Shown: positions 37,809 to 51,100, numbered from the whole stretch's first letter. The stretch: DNA of 63,580 bases, filler included, from 3 parts of 3 records of this genome joined end to end with filler, not necessarily neighbours in it, one strand, 5' to 3'. The notes: generated by a model from the sequence alone, not told the origin. A program made the numbers and translations.

Positions 37809-39209
37809 TTACCTTTCCGCCTCAGTGGGCGACGCAGGCGGTAGATCCCCTGAAGCCTCCTTTTCAGGGCTGCTCATTGTCAACGACAGGTTAATGTCAT
37901 TCGTCTTGGGAGTGAAGATAGTGTCCCCATCAGTGTCACTCATCATGGTATCGACACTGTCACTGAGGAAAGTTTGCAAGGCCTCACTTGTAGCGAACTG
38001 CTTGTTTCCAACAAGCATGAGGAGGTATTCTTGCAACATTACCATACGATACTCTACAACAGGCTTGTCGGCGGGAAATAAGGACCTCCATGGAAGCATG
38101 GGCAACTCCGTTCCACTGAACTGCGCTTGCAAGGTGAAGTGGAGCTTGCGGAAGGAGTTGAAACGACGCGCAACAGTGTACCGTGATCCCTCGTGTTCCA
38201 CGCTTACCAGATACTCGGTGAACTGTTTAGAGCTGGACGTGTTCTCGCGAGTCTCCTCAATAGCAATGTGGTAGGGGCTGTCATAGGGGACACGAGATGC
38301 CTCCATTTCGCGACGAATAGACGTAAGAATCGCCTTAGCAGCGTCAACCACTTTCTTCTTTTTCTCGATCTCAGACGCGAGCTCCTTTTCATCCAATGGA
38401 TAATCCGACACAAACGGCTCTGCTTCCACATTAGCGGTATCCAATTCACCGTCCACCTCTACATCGTCATCTGAAGCCATACGAGAATTTGTTCGCGACG
38501 CTGACCTTGAAGGTGCAGCAGAGGGAACTCTCGAGTTTGACACGGAAGCGGAAATCTGACGAGCGACTACCAACTCTGCACGGAGTTTCTGGACATGATC
38601 CTCGTGCTCTTGCAGAGACTTTTCCATTTCCTCTTGCTCCTTTTCAGGGCCGCTGGTGATTTTCTCTATATTAGCCTCGCGCTCAGCGATTTGCTGACGG
38701 AGATCATCGATCTTTTGCTTTCGGTCCTGAAGCAAAGATACCTTTTTCTCAAGCTTATCCGCTTGAAAGGCAAGATCGGCGTGCCAGTCAGCAACAGCCT
38801 TTGCAGTCAGGCTGTGACGCTTACGCAGCTCAACTTCTCTGGCTTGCCTCTTCACCTTCTCTTCCTTCTGCTGGCACAACGTCTCGAGACGCGCAATCTT
38901 CAGCCGAAGGGCGCCAGGGCTGTCCCGTTCTGGGGTTTCAATGGCGCCATTCTTCTTCAACTCTTCAATCTGCTTCATCTTCTCCGCAATCAGCTCATCT
39001 TTCCGGGAAATGGCAGACTTGGTCTCCTCCAGCTTTGACAACAGTTCGTCTTGGTAGTTAGAAAACTACAGCGATATTAGCATCATTTGACGAAAGCACC
39101 CTTTGCACGATACCTCTTGAGCAAACTTCTTCTCGTCCAAAGTCTTCGCCTTAAACACAGTGGCAACCTTCTTCACGACGGTGGACGGTTTCTTGATGAC
39201 GGCAGCCAT
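37809..39209 (-). CDS. Coiled-coil plus PX-domain protein (sorting nexin-like), 2 exons
   Basis: FTEYLV..YTVARRFNSFRKLH..LQ..LPMLP..VEYR...LQEYL PX signature; exon 1 MAAVIKKP... with an intron at about 39065-39113. Confidence 0.85.
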
Positions 39210-39359
39210 AACTTAGCAGAAGAATCTTTAGTTGAAGATTTTAGTGACTTCACTTTGTTTTTAATCACATATATCAAACATGGAACGTGATTTACTGGTA
39301 GACTGTTCAATTCTCGCGCTGGAGCCATTGCCTCTGGCCCTGTCAGAGTACCGAACAGG

Positions 39360-40240
39360 CTACCCGTTTTATCCGAGCCCGATATGGGGGCCGGCGGCCG
39401 CCAAACGCCGGCCAGTGGCCAGGCCGGCGGAGCCGGTCGGCCCGGCCGGCCGGCCGGCCGTCAGTCAACCTGGGCGGGTTGGGCGGCGCCGCGAGCTAAC
39501 CAAACCCGGCACACGACCAAACAACCCGGGCCGCCGCCGCATCAATGCCATGGTACCAATGTGAGTTCACCAAGGTGGCAGGGTGCCCCGAAAAGCGCCG
39601 ACGCGCAAAAATGTGGGAAGGCCCCTTCGATAACCTAAGATATCTCAGACGTCAGATCGCTCAGATTCAAGTGGAGATACTAAAATGAAGGGTGGTCGTC
39701 CTCGAAACCTGGGAGAGGAAGGGCGTTTGATTCCCGCGCCAAACTGCAACGACTTCCAGTTCAGTGACGGTACACCCCCCCTGCTTGGACGTGGTGAGCC
39801 GGCGCTCACTCGTCCGGCGCGCGGCGGGGCCCGGGGCCCCCCATCCGGACTGCTCGGCTGCGCGGGGCGCGGCGCCCCGCTGTGGTTGCGAGAGTATCAT
39901 GAGAGTGGAGGGTTCAGTCGTTGGCTGGTGGACGGTACTACCGGACCCGCCTGGTGCCGTTCAGTTCAACTGGGGGACTACGCGTCAGTACTCTCAGCGG
40001 GTTCCAGGCCGAAGGGACGAGAAGAACCAGGCTTGTTCATCTCTCCTAGTACGTGACCCGCAAGCGCCATCGCAGCCTGCGTGGCTCTGCTTGGAAAGCC
40101 GAGAGGTACACCCCTCAAACCTCCATGACCCAGAGCCCCCCACCCCACCCCACCCCGGTTTGTCCGTCAAGTGGCACCGCCCAGCAGTGCAAAGGCGGCA
40201 CCTGAGGATAGCAAAGGCAGACAGCCGTGCAGGAAGAACA
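39360..40240. promoter_or_regulatory. GC-rich divergent intergenic/promoter region
   Basis: GC-rich blocks between ATG 39209 (-) and ATG 40308 (+); (CCCCA)n tract near 40136-40156. Confidence 0.5.
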
Positions 40241-40307
40241 TGCTGTACAGAAGTATTTGCTTTGACGTCCACATAACAAACTTTGTCTATTGGACCAGAG
40301 GTGTATC

Positions 40308-41179
40308 ATGACGGGTAGTTGTGGCGAGGCCCAGCCCTCTGTCCCACCTCTGAGACGAGCAAGTAGTTTTCCCGGAAGCCAGTCTTCAAGTGGCGGAGAT
40401 TTGTCAGGAACCTTAAGGTCACTGAAAGAGAAGGTTCGAAAGGTTATGGTAAGCATTGACACAGTCATAGTTGCCGTGCATATTTAACATTAACGCAGGA
40501 AGCAGAGTTTAACTCGCACTTACGTGAAATGGGAGCAGGGCACCTGCCGGTTCCAGCTTGGAATACTACGTGCTCCTTATGCCGTCGTTTTATGGAGTCG
40601 GCTCGCTCGGATGCTTTGGCTCAGCCTGAAGATACATATGATCGCGAAATACTACTGTCCTCCGATTCCGAGTCTGAGAATGAAAACGAAAGCGCTCTCC
40701 AGAAGAGGCCTCCTGGCCTAACTCAAACTCAGAAACCCCTGCGCCGTATACAACCTATTCCGGTTAAAATTCCAAGCGAATCGCTGCGTGTTGTGGAAAC
40801 AAGCAAGAGAAATAGTTGCGAAGAGAACGTAGGTGCTGCTGACTCCAACCATTCTGCGCCAAAACCACGAAGAAGGTTACAACCTAGTCCAGTTTTTAAT
40901 GACTCTCAGAGCGATACACTAAGCAACGAGGTTTCAAATGATGCCACATCTGGATGCTGGAAAAGATCAGCCTCAGACCTATCCAAATATTCTAGTGCAT
41001 TTGGAAAAAAGCGAAGGAAAAGCACAAACAAATCGCAGTCTGACTCGTTGCCGATAACCGAATACTTCGGTCTAAACAAGAACAAAGATGAGATCTCTTG
41101 CGGCGCGACTGCTGCACTGACGGATGAGGGATCAGCCACTCGAGATTCTACTCCGGCAACAGTAGCCAGTTTCCATTGA
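40308..41179 (+). CDS. Hypothetical Ser-rich, largely disordered protein, 2 exons
   Basis: ATG 40308; a GTAAGC...CAG intron at about 40449-40498 joins it in frame to the 216-aa ORF; CxxC and KKRRK; no recognised domain. Confidence 0.55.
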
Positions 41180-41347
41180 TGTTCCATCCTCCATCCTGTG
41201 CCCGCTTTTCAGTAATGCCATTTCTGTCATTAGGCCAGGAATGGATATTAATACTACAGATGCATGGTGAATGATTGTCTCTTCATCACATCTGAAAGAA
41301 ATACTCTGTAGAATACTTTAAATTCGTTTGCTCGTGAATACAGCACT

Positions 41348-43599
41348 TTACTTCTTCTTGCCCTTCTTTCCACCTGCAGCAGCCTCGGCCTCTGCAGCGG
41401 CTTTTCGCCTTTCTTCGACTGCACCAAGGTATATAAGGAAACGTCGAGAATTATAAGAAAATACTCACTCTGAGGGTCCTCCAAAGCATTCGCATATACA
41501 CGCACATTCAGTTTTAGGGGCATCGGCTCAGGCTTAGGCTTCGGTTTGTACTTCTTTTTCTGTTTCCTATACATGATCTCCATAGTGTAGTCCACCTTTT
41601 CAACTGGCTTAACATCCAGTGCGCTTTCAAAGGGAGTGACACCCTTGCCTGTGATCATGATATGTTAATCAAAGGTAGTGGTCTCACAAGTGAGCTGGAA
41701 ACCCACCAACACCATCAAAAAAGTTGGGGCACTTGATAAATGCCCTTCCAAGCTCTGACACAGTAAATCCGACCTCCTTCTCTTCCTCCGCTACCGGAGC
41801 TCCCTTGCCCTTCTTGTTAGCCGCTGCTTCCGCCTCGGCAGCCTCCTTTGCCAGGCGCTCTTCCTCCGTCAATTCCTTCTCAATGAAGAAGTACTTGGTT
41901 TGTGTCACAACAACCTTGATCACAGAGATGAATACAGGAAAAGCGGTATTTGTATCTCACCTACCTCAATGCCGTGAAGAGTGATATAGTCGCGCAAACG
42001 AGCGGACCATTCGGGTGAAAATGTATTGGTAAAGTTGAACTCGACTGTCTCGGCCTCCTCCACGGGATCAAGCTTGAAGTCTTCTCCGAACGCCGAGAAT
42101 TCGACATGTATTGTATTTGGCGGCGGCCCAGTTGGTGCAGCGTCTTTTCCACCCTTGGCTGCAAAATAAGATAGAGTAAGTGCGCTGAAAAGTAGACGCG
42201 CTCGCCTCGTACCTTTCTTGGGGTCATCCGTCGTCTCTGCTGGCGTGTCCAAAACAATGCCGTCCATAGAATCGATGCACAGCACAATCTTTTTTTCTCT
42301 ATCACTATCTACAACCTTCCTCATAACAGGTACCATCTCAGGCTCCTCCGGCACCTCTTCATCTTCCCCATACTCTTTTGGGACCATAATTTCCTCCTCC
42401 TAAGAAAGTGGGGATTCAGAATTTCGGCGATCATCATCCACACAATACACACCTCCGCCAACTTTTGCTCCGCAGCGATGCGATCCTCTTCAAAAATTTC
42501 GACCTCGTCGAGATTCTTGAGGGTTTGAAGCATCGCCAATGTGATTGTACGATAGAACGCACTAAGAAAAAATTGGTTTAGGTCTCCCAATCGAAGATCA
42601 AGCCAAACAAGAGACTATACCTGATGCAGAATGGATTCTTGTACATGCACAAATGCTTCAGCTTATGGAGGAGCTGCAGAGACTCACAGGTGGCCATAAG
42701 GTCTTGCAAATTATTGTTAGACAGATCAAGAGAAATCAGTGTTGCCAAGGGGTGTGTCTCCGGAATACAAGGTGGGATAGTAGACTCTGGATCATATTCA
42801 ACAGGGGGTACAACAGCCTTGATATCAGAAAAGTTGTTGAACGCTAACCCCAAGTGAACTAGTGAGATGCCATCCAGATCAGTGATGTTCGAGAGTCCGT
42901 TGGAATCAGCATGCAGGATCTTGACCTTGCTCGGGAGGTTTTCTAGAACTGTGAGGCTGTTGTTGGAGACCGACAGCTCCTCCAAATTTACAAACCATTT
43001 CAATCCCTCATCCAGCGAGTTAATCTTCTGGTCATTCAGCTTCAACGTCTTGAAGAATTGCAGAATGAACTTTCTTCCAACCAGTTTCAATTCGGAGTTC
43101 ACTCCTCCTCCCAGGCGACGGAGTTCGTCGGCTTCCCCAGACCATGACAATGAATTCCAAGCAACAAGCTCTTCGTTTCCCTCCTCATCACTACCATCTC
43201 CAGGCATTAGACCCATACAGCTTGGCTCCGCCATTACTGTTCCCATCGCATCCTCATCCATCATATCAACGCCGACGAAGGATCCACTAGCCGCCATTGT
43301 TGCCATCTGCTTCTTTTTTTTCGCCATACCATATGGCTTCCCAGACCTCCACGACTTGAAGTCGCTTCTCTCTGTAATTGCATGGGGAATGCTCCGGGCA
43401 ACCTCTTTACTCAATCGAGGAAAGGTGGTCTTCAGAGAGTTGGTGCCCGCGTCAATTCGTGATTTTCCTGAGGATGAGATAGTTAATAGGAAGCCAAACT
43501 AGATTCCGTGTTCAGGTTACCTTCATCTGTTGGGATAATGCCAGTAGTCTGTTGCAGAAGAGACCAGAAGGCTTCTGTGAAGGTCTGGTAGTTCCTCAT
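41348..43599 (-). CDS. Leucine-rich repeat protein, LRRC43-like (SDS22-type LRRs plus LRRcap), multi-exon
   Basis: LEELSVSNNSL, LVHLGLAFNNF, LISLDLSNNNL, KNPF..YR....L..LKNLD; K/E/A-rich tail ending ...GGKKGKKK* at 41348; TATATA at 43644-43649. Confidence 0.8.
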
Positions 43600-43842
43600 T
43601 CCTGGAGAACTGCACCTTACGTCACACGGACAGGCCACGACCATATATAAGTGAGCTTCTTGTCACACTCGAGCGTTGAAAAACTCGCTTCAGTGCGCCA
43701 GAAACCGCGCGCGAGGGATGCGTTAAACACTAAGCCAGCCACTCCGGAGGAGCCCTGCCTGCTGGCACTCCTTGAAGGCGGGGAGACCTGTAACGACCGG
43801 TGGGGAGGGGGCGAAAGAGGGGGGGGGGGGGGGGGGGGGGGG

Positions 43843-43942
43843 NNNNNNNNNNNNNNNNNNNNNNNNNNNNNNNNNNNNNNNNNNNNTTAATTAATTAANN
43901 NNNNNNNNNNNNNNNNNNNNNNNNNNNNNNNNNNNNNNNNNN
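43843..43942. other. Artificial contig spacer (44 N + TTAATTAATTAA + 44 N)
   Basis: Same 100-bp structure as 19783-19882, flanked by G24 and C19 homopolymers. Confidence 0.97.
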
Positions 43943-44354
43943 CCCCCCCCCCCCCCCCCCCTTCCCCCCGCCGCCGGCTCCGGCTCCGCTCGGCGGACAG
44001 CGACTCACGGTCGGCGGACTGCCAGTGCCCCCCTGTGCCGACTTCGGCCGCACCAGGCCGGCACAGGGACGGTTTTGGGCTGGAACCCGCCGTGCTTCTT
44101 CGCCGTTCATCTTGCTGTGGTCATCTGATCCGAGTTACTCAATGAACTGTTTGGTGAGTTCTGTTTTGTACTTCAGCGCGGGCTGGGTTCGTTAAGCACG
44201 GACCTGGGTTCAGATCCAGAATTCGGGTCGTGCGGGATATTGTCACCAGCTAATGCTGGCACCATCATCGCGACCGGGCTCGCTCGCTGTTGGCCCAAAC
44301 AAGCTCTGATAAGTATGTGCAACACGCGATAGAGTTTTTGTGTGAGGTACCAAG

Positions 44355-44627
44355 ATGAGTGCTATGAAACAGGTGTGTTATGCGACTGGCATTGTTAGTC
44401 GGCCTTGATGACAGTTTGCTTTTTAGGCGGCCGAACTGACGGAAATTTTGCCCAAAGCTGGACTTGTGTATTCCGAAAAAGGGAACCTGAGCGAGCTACT
44501 CTGCAAACCGAAAATCCTTCCTATTAAGTCGCTTACTCTAGAGAAACTGGAGCAAATGGAAAAGGACGCGGCCGAAGCCGGCCAAAAAATGGCAGCAGAA
44601 GCTGCGTTGAAAGGCGAGCAATACTGA
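44355..44627 (+). CDS. BBIP1: BBSome-interacting protein 1 (BBIP10/BBS18), 72 aa, 2 exons
   Basis: MSAMKQ, intron 44373-44426, then AAELTEILPKAGLVYSEKGNLSELLCKPKILPIKSLTLEKLEQMEK; matches the BBIP10 signature E.LPK.G....LCKPKLLPLKS.TLEKLE.M. Confidence 0.92.
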
Positions 44628-44815
44628 TCGTATCATCGATCCCTCTTGCAAGCCTTTGCTGTGTCATAACGACTCTCTTCGTGAAGCCTATGCATTTGAG
44701 CTAGTCGGATAGCAATAGCCGCTTTGCATCACTCCTTCATCTCAAAACAATACACAATCTCATTTTTCCCAATCACTTTTGATGTTGCTATGTTTCCATG
44801 AAGCTTAGAGGCCAA

Positions 44816-46009
44816 TTAGGTAAGGTCAGAGGCACTGTCCTTCATAGAGTTCTTGATGCGGAGAAGGATAGACGTCTTCCAGCTATCCAAGCGAGTTATA
44901 GTATCCCATTCATGGACTGCTTGGGTGAACGCCTCAACATCATAAGCTTCATAGGCCTCAACCAGTTGCTGAAAAACCGATGAGCACTAAGAACTTCGTG
45001 AAGCAATACCGAATACGCACCGACAAGAACTTGCATTCCCTTTGAGTGGAGAAAGATACATCCATATCCTGGTATTTCTCCAATGCCCGCTTGGCTCTGT
45101 GTGGCGACATCAGCTCAGTCCAGCACACCCTGAAACAAGAAACCCACCCAATGATGTCACCAGTGCACATGTGACACAGACCAGCCTTCAGGAAATACTC
45201 CTTCACGCTAAACTTAAGGAGGGGAGAGTCCAGGGAAGATGCAGCAACCTAGAAGGAACCCTAAATGGATACTCACAACGCATCACCAGTGCTATACCTG
45301 TTCGTAGATCTCAACAGCACGAGGGTAGTTTTCAAGCTGGGCGGCAAAGTGGGCAACCTTCAGCAAACACTGGTTGCCTTGGCTGTTGCTCTCTTCGCCC
45401 TTATAGTAGTCTGCCGCCGTCTGGAAGTTCTCCATGGCAGGTATTAAGTCAGCATCAGCCTCACAAATATCACCGATTTCCTGCAATGGGAAGTTTCTTA
45501 ATCACAGAACGATGTGAAGGTGTATCACCATACCTTGTGATACTTTGCCGCGTTCGTGAACTTTCCCAGGTCAGTGTAGATATCACAAACAATTCTGAGG
45601 CAGTCGATAGCAGCTGGTGATAGTGAGCACCGAGCCTCAATATACTCTCAAAAACATACTCTCAGAAGACACTTTCTTATAAGCAGTGGCCGCCTTGACA
45701 TAGCCATCAGCGGCCACGATCTTATCCTGGTGTTTTTGATGGCACTCTGCTACTCTTACGAATGCGTCTCCGGCGCTCTTCCCTGTCAAAGAAGTCAGCT
45801 CTTTCCAAACCAGCACCTGTAGTCATACACTGCTTGGACATCTTGAATAGGTTTGCTGCCTTCTCAAAAAGATCGGCTGCTTCCTCGTATTTTGCAGACG
45901 AGCCTCCACCAAAGAGAGATGTGATTGCTCCAAAACCGAACCCTCCCTTAAGCTTCTTCTCAGCCTGCTTGAGGTATTCATTAGCCTTCCCGGTGTTGGC
46001 TTCGTCCAT
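44816..46009 (-). CDS. NAPA: Alpha-soluble NSF attachment protein (Sec17/alpha-SNAP), multi-exon
   Basis: AEKKL..FG....[30 protein letters not shown]...[37 protein letters not shown]. Confidence 0.95.
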
Positions 46010-46059
46010 GTTGAAAAGCCAACTCACTTGTAGTGCAACGCGAATGTCACTAATATGTA

Positions 46060-46970
46060 TAAACCTTGGCGTGGTCCATGCGGGTGAAGGAGCAGGCACC
46101 CCCGCCCAAGTCTGAGTGCGCGTGCCCGGGCCGGGCCGTGGCGTGGGAGCCTCAGCCCAGCCCGGCCCGTCCCGGCGCGACTTGCTTCCGACCCCCGATT
46201 CTGACGTTAGCCGGCCGGCCGGGCTGAGGGCCGGACCGCACCTGTCGGCCCGCGGGCCGGGCTCGGGCTGGTGACGGACGTCCCGGCGTCGGCGGCCCGG
46301 GCCGGCACCAGCGGCTGTGGAGTGACACCGGTGTGAGTCCCCGACCGTGGTCAGCCGTCGTGCCATCGTCACTGATTCGTTCCGGCTGGTCGACCTGACT
46401 GACGGGACGGCCGCGGCGAGCACGGGCCATTGGTGGCTATCATTGAGGGCTTCCCGAGTGGGAAGACTTGAGGCCTTCCTTGAGGATGTCGTGACTGACA
46501 GCTAAATATGACTCTAATTCAGTGTCCGGTCCGGCCGCCCCCGCCCGCTGCCCGGCGCGGCCCGTCCGCGCAGCCGCCGCGGCCGGACGGGACTGAGCTG
46601 GTCAGCGTCGTCCCGCTGCGCGTCGCCCATCGGCCGCGCGGTGACTGAGCGGGACCGGGCCACCAGGCATGGCCCCGCGGTCCGGCGGCGGGGCGCCCGG
46701 CCGTCCGGTCCGACCCGCGCGCCCCGCCCGCCGCGCCCGTGCCGGGTCCGGTCCCCCGCGCCGGGCCGCCCGGCCTGCGGGGGCCGGGCCCGGGGGACCG
46801 CCGCCGGCTGCTGCTGCGGGGATCGGGGGGGGGAGGGGAGGGCTGGGGGCTGAGCAGTGTGGGACGCTGCCCGCCCCGCGGCGTTGGGCGAGAGCCGTCC
46901 AGAGGATGCCTCCGCCCAAGGTGACACGGGATCAGTACCCCGAATATAGGTGCATTGCGGGCACGCCACT
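46060..46970. promoter_or_regulatory. GC-rich divergent promoter island (alpha-SNAP / AKR)
   Basis: Two GC blocks separated by a less GC-rich core (about 46430-46520); many TGAC/TGAG sites; G-tract at 46818-46849. Confidence 0.6.
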
Positions 46971-47035
46971 GTCTGCTACCTCAAATAAGTCATGTTCGCC
47001 CCCTCCCTCCCAAGACCCACTATTAAAACAAAAGT

Positions 47036-48153
47036 ATGGAGAAGCGCCCGCTGTTCCCTGGTAGCTCTATTGAAGTTTCAGTTGCCGGCCTTGGATGCGC
47101 GGGTCTTGGTGGATGCTATGGAGAACAGGAGGAATCCCGTAAGGTGGGCGGGGGGCGCATGTGTTGTCTTTTTAATTTATTTTGGGCACTTTTGGTTCCT
47201 GACGCCCCTATTCGAAGCTCGAGACAGTCCACACAGCACTTCGTGAAGGGGTAAATTTCTTTGATGTGGCCCCGTTTTATGGAGGCACCGCGTCCGAAAC
47301 GGTTCTGGGAAAGGCTCTGCAGTGCGCGTCCGGCTATGCACGTAGCAGCTACTGCATCGCTACAAAGGTGGGCCGCTACGCAATCGAGGGTGAGTTGACA
47401 TTGTTGTTAGTGGTTGGCATTGTGAATCACAGACCCTCAGGTTCAACCAGTGGTGCTGGAGGGAACTTCGATTTTTCCGCAAAGAAGACGGAAGAAAGCG
47501 TGAAGGAAAGCATGGCGCGCCTGCAGACTGACCACATTGACCTCATCCAGTGCCATGACATTGAATACACAGACGTCAAGACTCTTCGCGAACAGACCCT
47601 CCCTTACCTGGAACATCTGAGGGCAACCGGGAAGGTTAGCGCCGTTGGCATTACAGGCTATCCTCTAGGAATGTTCAGGGAAGTCATTGAGAGCTATGGA
47701 GACGAAAAGCTTCCCTTCAATACGATCCTGTCATATGCGCACCTCACCCTACAGAATGACCTCCTCTTGAAAGAGATTCCCTTGTATCAATCCAAGGGTC
47801 TCGGTGTACTGACTGCATCGCCTTTGGCGCTCGGCTTGCTCACCCCTGATGGTCCTCCTGATTGGCATGCCTCCACCAAGGAGTGCATCTCCTCCGCCCG
47901 TGAGGCAGCGGCATGGTGCAAGGACAACAATGTGAATATTGCAGAGCTTGGAATGCAGTATGTGTTCAGCCACAAGGACCTGAGCTCCATCATCATGGGC
48001 GCCATCACGCCGGAGCAGGTGAAAATGAATCTTGGGACCATGAATGCTGCACCAAACCAGGAGGCGGTGGCTAAGATTCGGGAAATTTTCAGCAGTCACC
48101 ATAACGAGATGTTTCCTGCCCAGGCAGGAACCTTTCCCGTCTACAAGTGGTAA
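47036..48153 (+). CDS. Aldo-keto reductase, L-galactose/D-arabinose dehydrogenase-like
   Basis: VSVAGLGCAGLG, GVNFFDVAPFYG, SETVLGKAL, IATKVGRY, FDFSA, RLQTDHIDLIQCHDIE, GITGYPL, SPLALGLLT..GPPDWH motifs; two short introns. Confidence 0.9.
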
Positions 48154-48178
48154 ATATGCACAGGGTCCATCAAGGTAT

Positions 48179-51100
48179 TTATCGGATGTTGTCAAGGGTG
48201 ACTCGCTTATCCTTCTGGAGGGCCTTGTATCCCGACTCATGGAGGTTGCAACCTCGCATATTTAGCTCTGCAAGCGTCTTGTTAAGTGACAAGGCGTCCG
48301 CAAGGACGGTGGCCCCAGCGTCCGATAGTTCAGGATTGTCACCAAGATCAATTTTTTTGACTATTTGATTCAGCCTAAGCGAATCCGCCAGTGCCGTCGC
48401 ACCACTATCACCAACGGAATTGCATGTTAGGTTTAACTCCGTGATGGACTTATTCAGGCGAAGTGCGTCGGCGAGGGCTGTGGCTCCATCATCGCCTATT
48501 CCTGCCTGGTAGAACTGAACGGTCTCCACATGCTCGGTACGAGCCAACGCCGCAGCGTAAATAGCACATCCTTCATCATTGACCGCACGGCGTGATACTA
48601 GACATTTTGTGGCCCTCTTGTCCCTCAGCAAGCTTGAGACAGGAACCACGGCGCAATTCAGCGCGAGGGATTTAAACTTCCCAACGATTTTGCCCAGCTC
48701 AATGGCCCCTGATATGCCAATGCCACTATCTGGCATTCTCACGGCCACATCTGCAATTGTTCCGTTCATTTTGAGTGCTTGAGCAATGGCAGTCGCCCCT
48801 GCATCGGTTACGGAGTGGCCTCCGCTCATATTCACTTCCTTAAGGCTCTTTCGGTCTCCCTGCCGAAGATATTGCGATAAGAGGATGCATGAGTTGTCTG
48901 TCATATAAACCTTTGTCAGGTTGATGAGTGCCGATTTGTAATCCTTAACCATAGAAATGGGGAATTCTGAGTCAATAGTAATGCTCTCCATGCGTTTGCC
49001 GAGAGCAGCTGCCGCCCCGACCCTGCGGACATCATCACTCACGATATCAGTTCCTCGCATGCAGAATTTCTTCAGTGGTCCGCTCTTCAAAATCCCAAAC
49101 AGATCCGTGTTGATCGGGATACTTGTGTTGTCAAGAGTCAGCTCCTCCAGGGTCTGGTTATCGAGGAGGGAGTTGTGCAAACGATCCAGGAAGATCGTTC
49201 CTATGTCGTCATTAGAACTCATGTTGAGTCTTTTCAATACGTCATTGGCCTCGAGTGACGAGGCAATCAACCCGGCGCTATGGTCATCGAGGGAGCAATT
49301 AGCTAAGTTGAGGTCAGTGATACTCTGAAGTCCACAGCATTAGCTCTACAATTCTTTCACTTTTTCCAAAACTAACCTTATTTCTCTCCAGCAGAGCCTG
49401 AAGAAAGAAACCCCCTTCGTTGGGGATCGGGTTCCCAGCAAGATTTAAAACCGTGATCTTTCGATTCTCCATCATACCCTCAATGAGCACATAAACGGCC
49501 TTATGGTGCATGCCACTGTCTGCCACATCAAGCTCGGTATCCTGCGTCATTTGCCGTTTTAGAAAACTTCCCTGGTTTATCTACAGGGAAGGGGCTTACC
49601 TCTAACAAGCGTACATGTGTTGATATCGCTTTGGTCTGCCAGTTGGTCCAGTCGTCACCCAGCACAAAGCAAATGTCATGCTGCGCTGAGTTCAAGAGCA
49701 AATGTCCCATGTCCTGAAAACACTTTTCAAGCTGGGCGGCAAGATCAGCCCATATTCATGTAATACCCGGTGCAATCGCCTTACTTCCGTAGGCAATAGA
49801 TCCAAGACTCCCATCCGCTCCTTCAATGCCAGGACAGCGACAGGGTACAAGTGACGAGATTGCTGCTGCAATTCCTTTGCAGTTTTCAAAAGCCCCGCGG
49901 CATCTTCAATCTCACATTAGAATATGATATTTACGCACATCACCATACAGATTTCGTACCCTTTGCCATCCGCATCGCCTCTATCGCTCGCATTAGCACA
50001 CGTACTTGCTGGTCGTTATCAATGGCAGTCGTAACATTTTGCCGTAGCATAGCCGCCAGCTCCGACAACGCCTCGCTATCATCTGGAGCCCGTTCCACAG
50101 TCTCTTCAAGCTTGTCAATTGCAAGCTCCTCCAAGCGGCGAGCCCTGCGAAGCATATATCAGTATGGCAACTGAGCAGCACCTTCCATCTTAGTTGCTCA
50201 CCCTGCGTAGTCAGTGCTTTCTATTCCCTGTGCCCGAGACTTGAGTGCCATCGCTTCAGCCATGCAGTAGATCGACATAGTCTTCATACGGGTCGTGAAT
50301 CCTGCCAGCACATTTACGATAAGCCCCCAATTGTGCGCCATGAAGGATCTAGGCGGCCACATACCCTCAAAATCGCTTTCCACCAACTCTGGGACGCGTG
50401 TTCCCAGGCCAGATCCTCCGAATTCCTCCGAAGTTTCCCTCATGATGCTTGCTGGTGGACCGAATCCCATCACCTCATGGCTAGATCTCCTTCTTGTAAA
50501 GTGACTGAGGCTTCCTCGTCGCATGGGTAGAGCATTGCTTTCGACTGATTTTGAACGGGATTGGATCATCTCTAACGATTGTTGGCTGAGCACGATGCCA
50601 GTCATCTGGGACAAAATGGCAAACACTTGGGCAAAATCCATCCATTCCGGCAATATCTCCACGTCATAGCGGGAACGGGGAAACTGTGACAAGACCTGGG
50701 CACGTATCATCGTCCGAACATTGCTCTTGCGCTACGGAGACAAGGCACGTAAGGAAAAAAATCATTCGTCTTTGCGTTGCTCTCACCTTAAGGATTTCGT
50801 TCAAGAAATGGATTGTTGCGGAACGATAGTAGCTTTCATAATTTTCACTAGTAGCAGTTTCTCTCAGACGCGCCCTTAAAATATTCTAAAAGAATCCATT
50901 AATCCCTGACCATCATCACACTTCAGATGTGACGTACCTTAACCGCACGTGCTGTCATGTGAGTAAGAATCATTTGCCGCGCTACTTCACTATTATTTGC
51001 TACAAAGAGCTTCCGTTCAAGCACTCCCAGCATTCTAACATTAATTCCTTCTCGATGCAGTACTTGGATAAAGGTGGATCCAAAGTTCTTCACCCGCTCC

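Noticed and set aside
44170-44240. GGTTC-containing stems resembling a tRNA T-arm
   Set aside because: No cloverleaf, D-arm or acceptor stem can be built.
46152-47064. Overlapping R/P/G/A-rich ORFs in GC islands (also near 3300-3900, 23500-24060, 33600-33950, 39400-40270, 54100-54920 and 56100-56750)
   Set aside because: Expected from stop-codon scarcity in very GC-rich DNA; open in several frames at once with no protein-like composition.
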